A stretch of 64,000 bases of DNA from Octopus sinensis. Its lineage: Eukaryota. The notes beneath the pieces were generated by a model. It saw only the letters and a list, made by a program, of their open reading frames with translations. It did not search any database and had not been told where the DNA came from. Shown piece after piece: positions 10,720 through 21,760 of this stretch. How positions within the stretch are numbered: the stretch's first letter is position 1; each line of letters begins with the position of its first letter. Made by a program: the position numbers and the translations under genes. The stretch is taken from assembly GCF_006345805.1 (NCBI RefSeq), contig NC_043026.1, forward strand, positions 2,604,001-2,668,000. Reading direction: 5' to 3'.

Positions 10720-12577
10720 CTATCTGTTTTCTTTAGGGGACCAAAAACGTAACAGAAATTTAGTCACATGTGGGCATGATCCGAAAAGCTCTGTCCTTGT
10801 ATTTAGACATGTAGTAGGGTCTAAGCTGCTTTTCCAGATAAGCCATCTCTCCATGTCGCATAGACCGCACCTTCCGCTGCCGTTAGTATAGGGCTTACAT
10901 CTGGCCAAAATCTTCCATTGTATGTTATAATCGACACCTTTATCTCTTAAAGACCAAATATGATTAGATAATTGTGTCGCTTTTCTTTTGTTCCAGTGCC
11001 TAAAGCTCAAAGTGTGGTTATTGAACCTGGCCTTGAAATTACCCTCTGTAAGGCCCACGTATTTCTTCGTCGAAACGGTGTCTTTAGTCATTATAGAGTT
11101 TACGGTAGCTTCATATATGATGGTCTTGGACATGCAAGCTCCATTTAGCAGGCACAATTCTTTATTCCTGCATGAACAGCTGTTTTCTTGTTGTGTTTTT
11201 TGTATGTTATGTTTGATTATGTTTTTAAAATTGGTTTTTAAATTGTGTCTATTGAAGAGTTTCCTATAAGCATGGTTAACTGGAAAATGTCTATCTATCA
11301 GTGCTAGGAAATATTTACCTATATTGAAGGCCACCTCGGGTGAGTAAGGGGGCGTAAACCAGATGACCTTCCTATTTCTATTATTCCTTTTCCTTATTGT
11401 TGGGCTGGTGATAGGTGTATATTTTATTTTTTCGCTAAGACCTCTATCTTTTAAAGCCTTATAATAAACTTGGGCAATGCTATTGAAGATGTCCTCATCA
11501 GAGGAGAGGCTAGAAATCCTCTTACTAATATTTTTAACTAAATTTTTGAATACTATAGGGGGATGGCATGAACCTACATTAATATAACTAAGTCTATCAT
11601 TGGGCTTCCTATAAGGCTTATAAATATTCTTATTAAGATCTAAGGAAACGTCTAAGAAATTGACAACTGTCAGGTTAGTATCTATAGTTATACTAAGTCC
11701 GAGGGCATCATCTTTGTAGATGGCGAAATGTACGTTAGGGAATGTCTTACCTAAGGTATCTAGGAGAAAAAGTCCAATTAGATCACAGATGCCTGCCCCA
11801 TCATATGAACCCATGCTCACATCGAAAGCGCCCTCTGTGTCGGTGTTTTTTACCCACTTTGCGTTCTTACTGAAAAGTAATATCTTTATAGCATGGTAGA
11901 TTATGTCCTTATCATTGGTACTAATTTCTATGAAGTCGCTAGCGAAGATGAGGGCTTTATCTAGCAGTTCTTTAGAGATAGAGGCATAAAAATCAACAAT
12001 ATCGAATTGTGTAAACCTCGCTTTTTTCTTATTCTTAATAGCTTTAAACCAGTCTACGACTTCTATACTATTGGACCATTGTACTAGCCTAGTAGCGTTC
12101 TTAATTTTCGCATTTATTTTATCTAAAATTTCTTTGCTAATAATCCCTAGTTCTGACTTGGCTGGGTTGATAAGCCTACATTTAGGGTTGGAAAGGAAGT
12201 TTTCTTTGTGATCTTTAATAGTAATAAAGGCCTCTTTTTGGGGGAGGGCTTCTATTTTTTTCATCTAATTTAAGTTTAGCGGCGATGACGCTAGCTTCAT
12301 TATTAATTTCGTTATATGTCTGTGCCCTAGCCTTAGTATAATTATTAATGATGCTGTTGTGTAAGAGTTGTGTGTATTTGCTGTTATCTACCAGGTATAA
12401 GTTCTTGGTTTTATCCAAAAAAGTGCTTTTTTCTTGGAGCCTTTTCTATGTTTAATATCTTTTTTCAATTTATGTTGGAAATCGTTAAAAGACTTACGAA
12501 ATTTTATTTTGCTCATAATTTTCAGCAGGTCCGCTTCGAAATCTTCCAAGCCTTTAATCCTGGGATTAATTATTTAA
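10720..12577 (-). pseudogene. PLE RT-endonuclease ORF with a frameshift near 12260 and apparent internal deletions
   Basis: Upstream frame (DKTKNLYLVDNSKYTQLLHNSI..) joins the 514-aa ORF only through a frameshift. The segment after YKDDALG and the one before the EN look shortened relative to typical PLE proteins (from memory). Confidence 0.75.
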
Positions 12578-12710
12578 TTATTTAACGGTATTTTTTCATA
12601 GCGTTTTCAAATAGCCAGATAACCGAAGAGATGGTGTTGTGGATTTCCACTTCGGCATCTGAAACTCAGAGTTTTATCTTGACTACCGAGAAATGTAACA
12701 TATTATTGTG

Positions 12711-12744
<34 letters not shown>

Positions 12745-13005
12745 TTAATATATGTATGCATATATATATGTTAAAAAATAAGATACATATGTATGCATGC
12801 ATGCATGTATGTATGTATACACACACACACACACACACACATACATAATACATACATGCATGCCTACATACACACACACACGCACATACATATATATATG
12901 TATACATACATATATACATGTATATACATATATACACAAAAAAGCAAACTAGCTTCTTAAGAAAATCTCTGTAAGATACAAAAGCAGTTTTTATACTGAT
13001 GAGTC

Positions 13006-13291
13006 GTGTTTAATGCCACCTAAACACGGCTGTTCCTTAGGAACTGATGATACTGCCATTTGAACCCCCCCTCCAGCTGGTTACACACTGCACTCTGCAC
13101 TCGACTTATATTGAAAACAGGGAGAGAACTCTCTACTATCCTAGCTTCAAGACCATCAAACTGTATGGTTTCAACCTCCTTATGGTCATCCTTGCTCATA
13201 CTCGTCTGCTAAATATAGCTCACAATATATAGAAAAGTAAACAGTAACGTCAGTTCCTAAGGCACAGCCATGTTTAGGTGGCATTAAACAC
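13006..13291. mobile_element. MITE-like element with 50-bp imperfect TIRs
   Basis: 13006-13055 gtgtttaatgccacctaaacacggctgttccttaggaactga.. vs 13242-13291 reverse complement. Confidence 0.65.
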
Positions 13292-13394
13292 TTCATATAT
13301 ATATATATATATTTGTGTGTGTGTATATATATGTAATTGACCGTGGTGGCTTTATCTTGTATCTGAGAATTATTTTCTTCTTTTCTGAACGCTT

Positions 13395-13700
13395 CCTTTT
13401 ATGGTGATGCCATTGATGACTCAGTCAACCAATTCTTGCTTAGAAGAATCGATGGCTTTGACTGCATGGCAATGTTGATGGAGGATGAGGTTGATGTTTT
13501 TTTCGAGCCTTTCTCTCCTGTCCTTTGATTTCTTCTTTTTCTCTTCTGGTGGCTTTGAAGTTTGTGGTTCCAATGGTGATGAAACACCGCCACTTGGTAT
13601 GGTCTCAGGCTTGTGTTTCAAATGATTTAGGTTCAATTCCAGTGGCTTTCAGGGTTGCTTTGAGTTGGTCCTTGTATCTTCAAGGAGGGCAAGCCCATGG
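13395..13700 (-). mobile_element. RTE/BovB-like LINE 3' fragment (degenerate)
   Basis: Minus strand reads ETQA*DHTKWRCFITIGTTNFKATRREKEEIKGQERKARKKHQPHPPSTLPCSQSHRFF*ARIG*LSHQWH, the typical RTE C-terminus with its C..C..F.ARIGL.SH motif. Confidence 0.7.
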
Positions 13701-13757
13701 TCTTTTGCTTCCCTGAAGTGAGCTTACTGATTAAGACTTGGCATGGGAACCTTGAGG

Positions 13758-13890
13758 CATGTGGTTTAATGGTTAGTTTGTTGGACTCGTGATCATTAGA
13801 TTGTGGTTCCAATTCCAAGGTCAAGCAATGCATTGCGCTCTTGAGCAAGACACTTCCTTTCATATTGTTCCAGTCTATTCAGCTGGCAAA
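13758..13890 (+). mobile_element. SINE family C
   Basis: gaggcatgtggtttaatggttag...ctcttgagcaagacacttc...gttccagtctattcagctggc. Confidence 0.6.
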
Positions 13891-14019
13891 TTAAGATTGT
13901 GACCGACCAGTGTCCTTTCCAGTGGGGGAATATATGCACTAAGGAATTCAGGAAACCGGCCCTTATGAGTTAAGTGACTTGAGAAAGAGCTTTTTCCTAT
14001 ATCCTATATATATATATAT

Positions 14020-14066
<47 letters not shown>

Positions 14067-14067
<1 letters not shown>

Positions 14068-14425
14068 CTGTGTGGTAAGAAGTTTGCTTCCCAACCACAT
14101 GGTTCTGGGTTCAGGGTTCTACTACAACCTCTGGCTGACCAATGCTTTGCTTGTGAATTTAGTAGATGGAAACTACAAGAAGCCCATCATATATATATGA
14201 ATGTGTGTGTGTATCTTTGTTTTGTGTCTGTGTTTGTCCCCCACTGCCTCTTGACAACTTGTGTTGGTTTCTTTACAGTCCCATAACTTAGCGGTTTGGC
14301 AAAAAAAGACTGTTAGAATAAGTACCATGCTAAAAAAAAATATAAGTGTACTGAGGTCGATTCATTTGGCTAAAAAAGTTCAAGGTGGTGCCCCAGCATG
14401 GCCACAATCAAATACCTGTAACAGA
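14067..14425 (+). mobile_element. SINE family A, older degenerate copy
   Basis: Consensus blocks recognisable with internal deletion. Confidence 0.7.
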
Positions 14426-14514
14426 TGAAATATATTAAAAAATATGTGTGTGTACATATGCATACATACATGTAAATGTTGAACAATGAGAATAAGTGCT
14501 GAAATTGGTGGATA

Positions 14515-14614
14515 NNNNNNNNNNNNNNNNNNNNNNNNNNNNNNNNNNNNNNNNNNNNNNNNNNNNNNNNNNNNNNNNNNNNNNNNNNNNNNNNNNNNNN
14601 NNNNNNNNNNNNNN
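14515..14614. other. Assembly gap (100 N)
   Basis: Run of N; a round 100 usually denotes unknown size. Confidence 0.99.
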
Positions 14615-14731
14615 AAAACCCTTAATTACTTAGTATTACTTAAACTTTCCTTGAATGGGGCTTTTACATGCCAAAATTTACTTGGTAAATTGATGATTAT
14701 TCCAAATTAATTATTTCACCCTATATTATTA

Positions 14732-14775
<44 letters not shown>

Positions 14776-14777
<2 letters not shown>

Positions 14778-14932
14778 CGGGCGTCTTTCAGATTTCGTCT
14801 ACCAAATCCACTCCCAAGGCTTTGGTCGGCCCGAGGTTATAGTAGAAGACACTTGCTCAGGGTGTTGCTCAGTGGGATGGAACCCGGAACCATGTGGTTG
14901 AGAAGCAAGCTTCTTACCACACGGCTACACTT
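14776..14932 (-). mobile_element. SINE family A, 5' half
   Basis: Reverse complement of the head/body consensus. Confidence 0.75.
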
Positions 14933-15036
14933 AGACATTTTTTTCTGATTTTTTTCCTCCCGGAAAACAATAAAAACAACACGACCACTTTTACACATGA
15001 AAATAACGATTTCTTAACAAATACGGAACGATATGT

Positions 15037-15466
15037 AGGCGCAGGAGTGGCTGTGTGGTAAGTAGCTTGTCTACCAACCACATGGTTCCGGGTTCAGTCC
15101 CGCTGCGTGGCACCTTGGGCAAGCGTCTTCTACTATAGCCTCGGGCCGACCAAAGCCCTGTGAGTGGATTTAGTAGACGGAAACTGAAAGAAGCCCGTCG
15201 TATATATGTATATATATATATATGTGCGTGTGTGTGTTTGTGTGAGCGTGTTTGTCTCCCTAGCATTGCTTGACAACCGATGCTGGTGTGTTTATGTTCC
15301 TGTCACTTAGCGTTACTTAGCGGTTCGGCAAAAGAGACCGATAGAATAAGTACTGGGCTTACAAAAAGAATAAGTCCCGGGTCGAGTTGCTCGACTAAAG
15401 GTGGTGCTCCAGCATGGCCGCAGTCAAATGACTGAAACTAGTAAAAGAGTGAAAGAGTAAAAGAGA
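15037..15466 (+). mobile_element. SINE family A, full length
   Basis: Consensus head to tail. Confidence 0.85.
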
Positions 15467-15834
15467 GTATGTAATAAGGAGATTTGAAGAGAAATGAGTT
15501 AGTGGGTAATTAAGAATCGTAATATCATTATAGGATGCGTGCTTAACCACATAAGATGTTGAGTGCTGTGTGAAGGATGATGATGGAATGATAGTTATTG
15601 AGAAGATGTCTGTTTTGTAGCAATCAATCGATGTCTGTTTTGTAGCTATCATCATCTTTTTACACAGCTCAGAAAAGGATTCGAAGACATTGTAAACCCG
15701 TCTCGTAAAGTTTGGTACATTCACGTCTAAGGTTGTTAAGAACAAAAAACTTGCAGTCCTTCCTCTAAAAGTTCCAACGCTTTAATAATAGTCTTTGCAG
15801 TTGAACTAATCAACACCGGTGCTTAATTTTATTT

Positions 15835-16000
15835 TTTAAAACCTTGGGACTTACTCCATCGGTCTCTTTTCTCGAACCCCTACGTTGCGGAGACGTAAAC
15901 ATACCAATATCGGTTGTCAAAAGGAAGTGAAAACACACACACACACACATATTATTTTACTCATTTCGGTTACTTGACTGCGGCGACGCTGGAGCACCAC
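15835..16000 (-). mobile_element. SINE family A, degenerate 3' half
   Basis: gggactta.tc.atcggtctcttt...cgtaaaca.acca..atcggttgtcaa...ctggagcaccacct. Confidence 0.6.
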
Positions 16001-16005
16001 CTATG

Positions 16006-16052
<47 letters not shown>

Positions 16053-16134
16053 ATATATATATAGTATATATATATATATATAGAAGTTATTGTATTTGCT
16101 TGAAGCATTGTGTATTGTTTGTAAAGAATAAAAT

Positions 16135-16608
16135 GTTTTGAATGGTACAACAATGCACTGTAATACAAACAACGAGATTATATATACCTGTTGTAATTTA
16201 GTCATCCCTAGTCTGATAATATTTCGGAATAAAATCCTTTCTTCAGATGTCCCCAGGAATTGAGTATGGCAGCGACTCCATCAATTCCTGAGGATATATG
16301 TAGAAGGAATTTTATTCCGAAATATTTTAAGGCGGCGAGCTGGCAGAAAAGGTAGCACGCCGGGCGAAATGCTTTGCGGTATTTCGTCTGCGTTACGTTG
16401 TGAGTTCGAATTCCGCCGAGGTCGACTTTGCCTTTCATCCTTTCGGGGTCGATAAATTAAGTACCAGTTACGCACTGGGGTCGATGTAATCGACTTAATA
16501 CCTATGTCTGTCCTTGTTTGTCCCCTCTGTGTTTAGCCCCTTGTGGGTAGTAAAGAAATAGGTATATCCCATTGTTTGTATTATAGTGCATTGTTGTACC
16601 ATTCAAAA
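16135..16608. mobile_element. Fold-back element interrupted by a family B SINE, hammerhead-like fold in left arm
   Basis: 16135-16172 is inverted at 16571-16608, with an inner hairpin at 16218-16328. Minus strand 16211-16250: ACAT|CTGAAGA|AA GGA TTTTAT TCC|GAAAT ATT ATC|AGAC. Confidence 0.6.
16331..16565 (+). mobile_element. SINE family B, full length
   Basis: Consensus as at 4770-4975. Confidence 0.85.
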
Positions 16609-16636
16609 CACACACACAACACACACACACCCACAC

Positions 16637-16670
<34 letters not shown>

Positions 16671-16681
16671 ATATAACCAAG

Positions 16682-17435
16682 AAAAAAGCAATAAGAATGG
16701 ATCGGTAGTTTAGTACAATTGTTTCATACTATAAACATTTTATTTAAAGCTGCAAATATTACAGCAAATATAATGTCAAGTATTCTTCAGCTAAATATCC
16801 TATAGGTTTTGCAAACATTCTAGAGAGTGTAAATATCCTTATGAAGTTATAGGAGTGAGTTCCATGAATTTGAAGTAAGATTCCAAGCAGACTATATATG
16901 TTTTCCAACAATACAAAGTTTTTAAAATGATTATTGACATCCCGGAGAAGATAAATCTACTCATAAAGATGCGGATATAAATTTCAGTGGTCTGACCGGC
17001 ATCTATCCTCATGTCTCTTGGAACTTATATCCACATCTTTATGAGTAAATTTATCTTCTCTGGGATGTCAATAATCATTTTAAAAACTTTGTATTGTTGG
17101 AAAACATATATAGTCTGCTTGGAATCTTACTTCAAATTCATGGAACTCACTCCTATAACTTCATAAGGATATTTACACTCTCTAGAATGTTTGCAAAACC
17201 TATAGGATATTTAGCTGAAGAATACTTGACATTATATTTGCTGTAATATTTGCAGCTTAAAATAAAATGTTTATAGTATGAAACAATTGTACTAAATTAC
17301 CGGATCCATTCTTGTTGCTTATTTTTGATTATAATCACCTATAATTATAATCACATAATTTTATGGTTAATACCATAAAAAAATTCTGGTGCATCTAAGT
17401 TAAGTACCATATTCTTTTGAATCTAAATTGTTTTG

Positions 17436-17438
<3 letters not shown>
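16682..17438. mobile_element. Fold-back element (~300-bp arms, 44-nt loop, one-sided tail) with canonical hammerhead
   Basis: Arms 16682-16980 / 17025-17326 are near-perfect; tail 17327-17438; (TA)n on both sides. Confidence 0.88.
17209..17297 (+). ncRNA. Type I hammerhead ribozyme, canonical core
   Basis: ATTTAG|CTGAAGA|ATAC...GTAT|GAAAC AATT GTA|CTAAAT; mirror at 16709-16796 (-). Confidence 0.78.
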
Positions 17439-17509
<71 letters not shown>

Positions 17510-17702
17510 AATATGTGTGTTGTGTGTGTGTGTGTGTGTGTGCGTGTGTGTGTGTGTGTATGTATGTATATGTATATATATTTGTAATGTTATGTTATGT
17601 TTTGTATTAAAAAAATAATTAACAGATGTTGGTCAATTTGTTTATTTGTTGATCAAAATGTTCTCCATTTTCTGCTTATTTAAATTACACTTACACACAA
17701 AT

Positions 17703-17910
17703 AGTACTCGAATACCAGAGGTAGAGTAATATGCTTTCTCTCGTTATTAAAGCTGCAAGAACATCACACAAAAAAACCGCTACTCAGAGTTCGTCGGGCA
17801 GCTGCGATCAAGAATGGAATCATCTCAACTGTCCGACGAGCGAGACTGTGAAACTCAGAGCAGAGGATTTTTGTCATTTTCTTTCAGTTTTAATAATGGG
17901 AAAAAGTATA
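17703..17910. mobile_element. Degenerate fold-back element, same family as 62905-63131
   Basis: Shared agtactcgaataccag.ggtagagta.atgcttt start. Hammerhead remnant 17829-17866: CTGT|CCGACGA|GCG AGAC TGT|GAAAC TCAGA GCA. Confidence 0.65.
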
Positions 17911-18339
17911 CGAACACACACACACACCACACACACACACACGCAAAATTGACTTCTTTCAATTTCCGTTTTATTTGTTGCGAGTCTGATACAGAGTAGC
18001 TCTAATGTTTAAAACCGCAAATGTTACATAAACTTTCACCGGCAAATTTTGCGTGCAATGGCGTCAAAAATGGCGTTGGAGCAGAAACTATCCTAAGTAA
18101 TCATTGAAGATTAATGCTAACCTAAGTTAAAATTAAAATCAAAGTTAAGGTTTTAGATAAGGAGACATTGAAATGCAGTATTCAAATCTTGTTACCGGCT
18201 GAGTCGGTAATTCCCAGGAAATGTGTCTGCAGAGCACGTTCACCACTTGTGCTTTCCGGGCATAATCTGCGATGCTGCGCTTTCGTCGCTGGATCTACGT
18301 ACAGAATTTTTAGTTGCACTTTGAGTATATTGCAAATGG

Positions 18340-18775
18340 CTGATACGACAGACGGGTTGTAACTAGAAGTTTCATTTAGCACAACAATCGTTTCGGCTGC
18401 CTTCTGCACTGTTCCCTAGTGGGTGGGGAATGATGTAATGCTATCAGCTGCATCATGCAGTGCAAACGAACCTCATCAGGTGACGTAGTATACTTCAAAA
18501 ATGATAAGATTTATATTTCACTTCAAGTTAGATGCTGGTAGTATTACGTTGTGTTGCTTGTTGTTCACACATAATACCAGCTGCATGTGGCTTGAAACGA
18601 ACTCTTATAACTTTTGAGGCATATCACATCACCTGATCAGGCTCCGTACCCTGTGCGATGCATCTGATGTCATTTCATCGGTCTCCACTCATTAAAAAAC
18701 GGTGCAGAAGGCAGCTAAAACGAATGTTGTACTAAATAAATATTCTAATTAAACTCCTTCTTCCGTATCAATCAT
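18340..18775. mobile_element. Diverged fold-back element with hammerheads in both arms
   Basis: Inverted arms (atttagcacaacaatcgtttcggctgccttctgcac vs gtgcagaaggcagctaaaacgaatgttgtactaaat; catcaggtga vs tcacctgat). Confidence 0.7.
18380..18482 (-). ncRNA. Type I hammerhead-like fold with long stem II
   Basis: CAC|CTGATGA|GGTT..TGCACTG..CAGTGCA..AGCC|GAAAC GATT GTT|GTG; mutated mirror at 18630-18731 (+). Confidence 0.6.
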
Positions 18776-18797
18776 TTAATATATAGGAGTGGTTCAT

Positions 18798-18853
18798 AGG
18801 CGCAGGAGTGGCTGTGTGGTAAGTAGCTTGCTTACCAACCACATGGTTCCGGG
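18798..18853 (+). mobile_element. SINE family A head truncated by hAT-like insertion
   Basis: Consensus stops at ggttccggg immediately before CAGGGGTTCTCAAA. Confidence 0.75.
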
Positions 18854-20032
18854 CAGGGGTTCTCAAAAATTAATTGGTTGAAAATTAATTGCAATAAATG
18901 AATTTACTGCTAAGATCTTTTCAGCTGCAATAATTTATTGCGTAGATTGCTATTAATTGCAATTAAATTTTACGTTGCATTGCAAGCGTGTGAGGACTGA
19001 CCAATTCTCTATGCGCCCACGCATCCACTAAACCTTAAGCCTCAAGGTCGCATGCACAAGGTCACAAGGTCACATGCACGCGTATTGTGTGAACACATGT
19101 GATCACGCGGTAGCTCGTTGATTGGCTCAGAAGACAATTGAGCTTGGCCGTTCTCGCACCCACTCGACGTATTTACCCGTACTGATCACAACTGTGTCCA
19201 TGGATTCCCAAAAGATTGTCAAGTTATTCTTCACTGAAGTTGACCCTTCCAACGGCAAATGGCGTTGCAAGTGTGGAAAGAGCTAATCAGACGGAAAAAC
19301 TCTTGCTGGACAAATCCTTTCAGCTATATTAAGAGTCAACATCCAGACTATAAAAGTCATCTCCAGCCACAGTCCTCAATTGACCAGTTCGTCACCTCGA
19401 CACGGATCACGAAAAAGGGATCTAATGTGTACGACTGGCTTTATTGGATATGTGTTTGCCTGCAGCCCTTCAGCTTTGTCACAGATGATGTTACCCGCCG
19501 CTTGTCACGCCTCCAACCCATTTCTAAAAGCACATTGAAGAAATATATGGAGTTGGTGACGAAGGAAGTGGAGAAAAAGTTTGCTAATATTCTACTTTCC
19601 CAATTCGCCCTTATTTTTGACGGATGGTCGAAAACGTCAACTCATATTTCCTTGGTGTCTTTGCATCCTTCGACTCATCGAATGAGAATGGATAAGAAAC
19701 TGTTCTATTGGCATTCCCTCCGCTGCTAAAAGAAACTTCATTCACAGTGAGTGACCATTATGATTTGCTGGAATATATTTTAAGCATTTATAATTTGACA
19801 TTTGCAAATGCCGAAGTGAATAAGGTCTTGGCGAGAATATGCAATCTGCCATTAGTTGGATGTGCATCTCACCGCTTCAACCTCGCTGTCGTGGATTTTC
19901 TTAAACCCCACAAAGGAATTGTTGGAAAAACTCAACACCTTGATGGCCAGACTAAAAACGCTAAAACTGGCCGGGATCCGACTTCGACTTTCACAACTCT
20001 TCGACTTGTTACGAATGATTGAAACGAATAAA

Positions 20033-20035
<3 letters not shown>
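18854..20035 (+). mobile_element. hAT-like DNA transposon remnant (left TIR + frameshifted transposase)
   Basis: TIR-like CAGGGGTTCTCAAA at 18854. From ATG 19200: KWRCK/CGKELIRRKNSCWTNPFSYIKSQH (BED-like), VYDWLYWI..QPFSFV, FALIFDGWS, LPLVGCASHRFNLAV. 3' end lost at (TA)n. Confidence 0.8.
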
Positions 20036-20067
<32 letters not shown>

Positions 20068-20068
<1 letters not shown>

Positions 20069-20483
20069 TCTTTCTCTTTTACTCTTTTACTTGTTTCAGT
20101 CATTTGACTGCGGCCATTCTGGGGCACCGCCTTTAGTCGAGCAAATCGACCCCGGGACTTATTCTTTGTAAGCCCAGTACTTATTCTATCAGTTTCTTTT
20201 GCCGAACCGCTAAGTTACGGGGACGTAAACACACCAGCATCGGTTGTCAAGCAATGCTAGGGAGACAAACACAGACACAAACATACACATATATATATAT
20301 ATATATATATACATATATACGACAGGCTTCTTTCAGTTTCCGTCTACCAAATCCACTCACAAGGCATTGGTCGGCCCGAGGCTATAGCAGAAGACACTTG
20401 CCCAAGATGCCACGCATTGGGACTGAACCCGGAACCATGTGGTTGATTAGCAAGCTACTTACCACACAGCCACTCCTGCGCCT
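20068..20483 (-). mobile_element. SINE family A, full length
   Basis: Reverse complement of consensus. Confidence 0.85.
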
Positions 20484-20689
20484 ATGTATAAAAAATATAT
20501 ATAAAACTACAAAATGGGACAAGAACGCAAAACATTCAAAGCCTCTAATCTTCAGTCAAGAACCGGATCATCCTCGCAATTTCGGCGGATTAATCTTGAG
20601 ATCGCTCCGATCCGGCCAGCCCCAAGGAAAAACTAAGCTACGAGCATTAGATTTCTTGGAAAAAGGATCGAATGTATACGAAACAGGGA

Positions 20690-20708
20690 CATATATATAT
20701 ATATATAT

Positions 20709-20787
<79 letters not shown>

Positions 20788-21170
20788 GTATATATGTATG
20801 TATATGTATGTATGTATGTTTGTATGTATGTATGTGTGTGTGTGTGTGTGTATGTATATATGTATGTATGTTTGTGTGTGTGTGTGTGCTTGTGTGTAGA
20901 GAGAAGAGGAAGTGGAAGGCACCTTCAAATGTAATTTAAGAAATAATTACTAAAACTAACAAAGTTTGATTAAAACCGAGAAGAAGGGGGGAGAAGGGGG
21001 AAGAAGGGGAAGAAGGGGAAGAAGGGGGAAGAAAGGGGAAGAAGGGGAAGAAGGGGAAGAAGGGGGAAGAAGGCAACGGAACGACGCGAAAGGAAATTGG
21101 AAAGAAGAAATTTTGAGAAGGAACAGAATAAAATTTTGAAGCCAAAAAGATATGTATATATGTGTGTGTG

Positions 21171-21242
<72 letters not shown>

Positions 21243-21321
21243 ATATATATATGTGTGTGTGTATATATATATATGTGCGTGTGTGTGTTTGAGTGTGTGT
21301 GTATATATATATGTGTGTGTG

Positions 21322-21356
<35 letters not shown>

Positions 21357-21462
21357 ATATATATGTGTGTGTGTTTGTGTGTGTGTGTATATATATATGT
21401 GTGTGTGTATATATATATATGTGTGTGTGTGTGTGTATATATATATGTGTGTGTGTATATAT

Positions 21463-21496
<34 letters not shown>

Positions 21497-21580
21497 ATAT
21501 ATATGTGTGTATATATATATATATATGTGCGTGTGTGTGTGTATATATATATGTTGTGTGTGTGTGTGTATATATATATA

Positions 21581-21624
<44 letters not shown>

Positions 21625-21699
21625 GTGTGTGTGTATATATATATGTGTGTGTGTGTGTATATATATATGTATATATATGTGTGTGTATATGTATGTATG

Positions 21700-21737
<38 letters not shown>

Positions 21738-21760
21738 CGTTTATACATATATATATATAT
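20690..21760. repeat. Compound (TA)n/(TG)n/(TATG)n and GAAGGGGAA microsatellites
   Basis: Direct inspection; source of spurious ORFs. Confidence 0.95.

Larger units (their letters stand above)
10375..12709 (-). mobile_element. Penelope-like retroelement (RT + C-terminal GIY-YIG endonuclease), defective, with inverted terminal repeats
   Basis: ORF carries KDHKENF..KCRLINPAKSELG, QFDIVDFY, MGSYDGA, YKDD, NFLDV, and a GIY-YIG domain (IIYEATV...KYVGLTEGNFKARFNNH...W.IL...CGLC). 132-bp inverted repeats at 10435-10566 / 12578-12709; (TA)n flanks. Confidence 0.92.

Noticed and set aside
12990-13045. CTGATGAGTC upstream of the 13006 element as a hammerhead
   Set aside because: No GAAA and no convincing stems II or I.
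15470-15830. Possible exon or minus-strand ORF (116 aa)
   Set aside because: No recognisable homology; splice signals are ambiguous.
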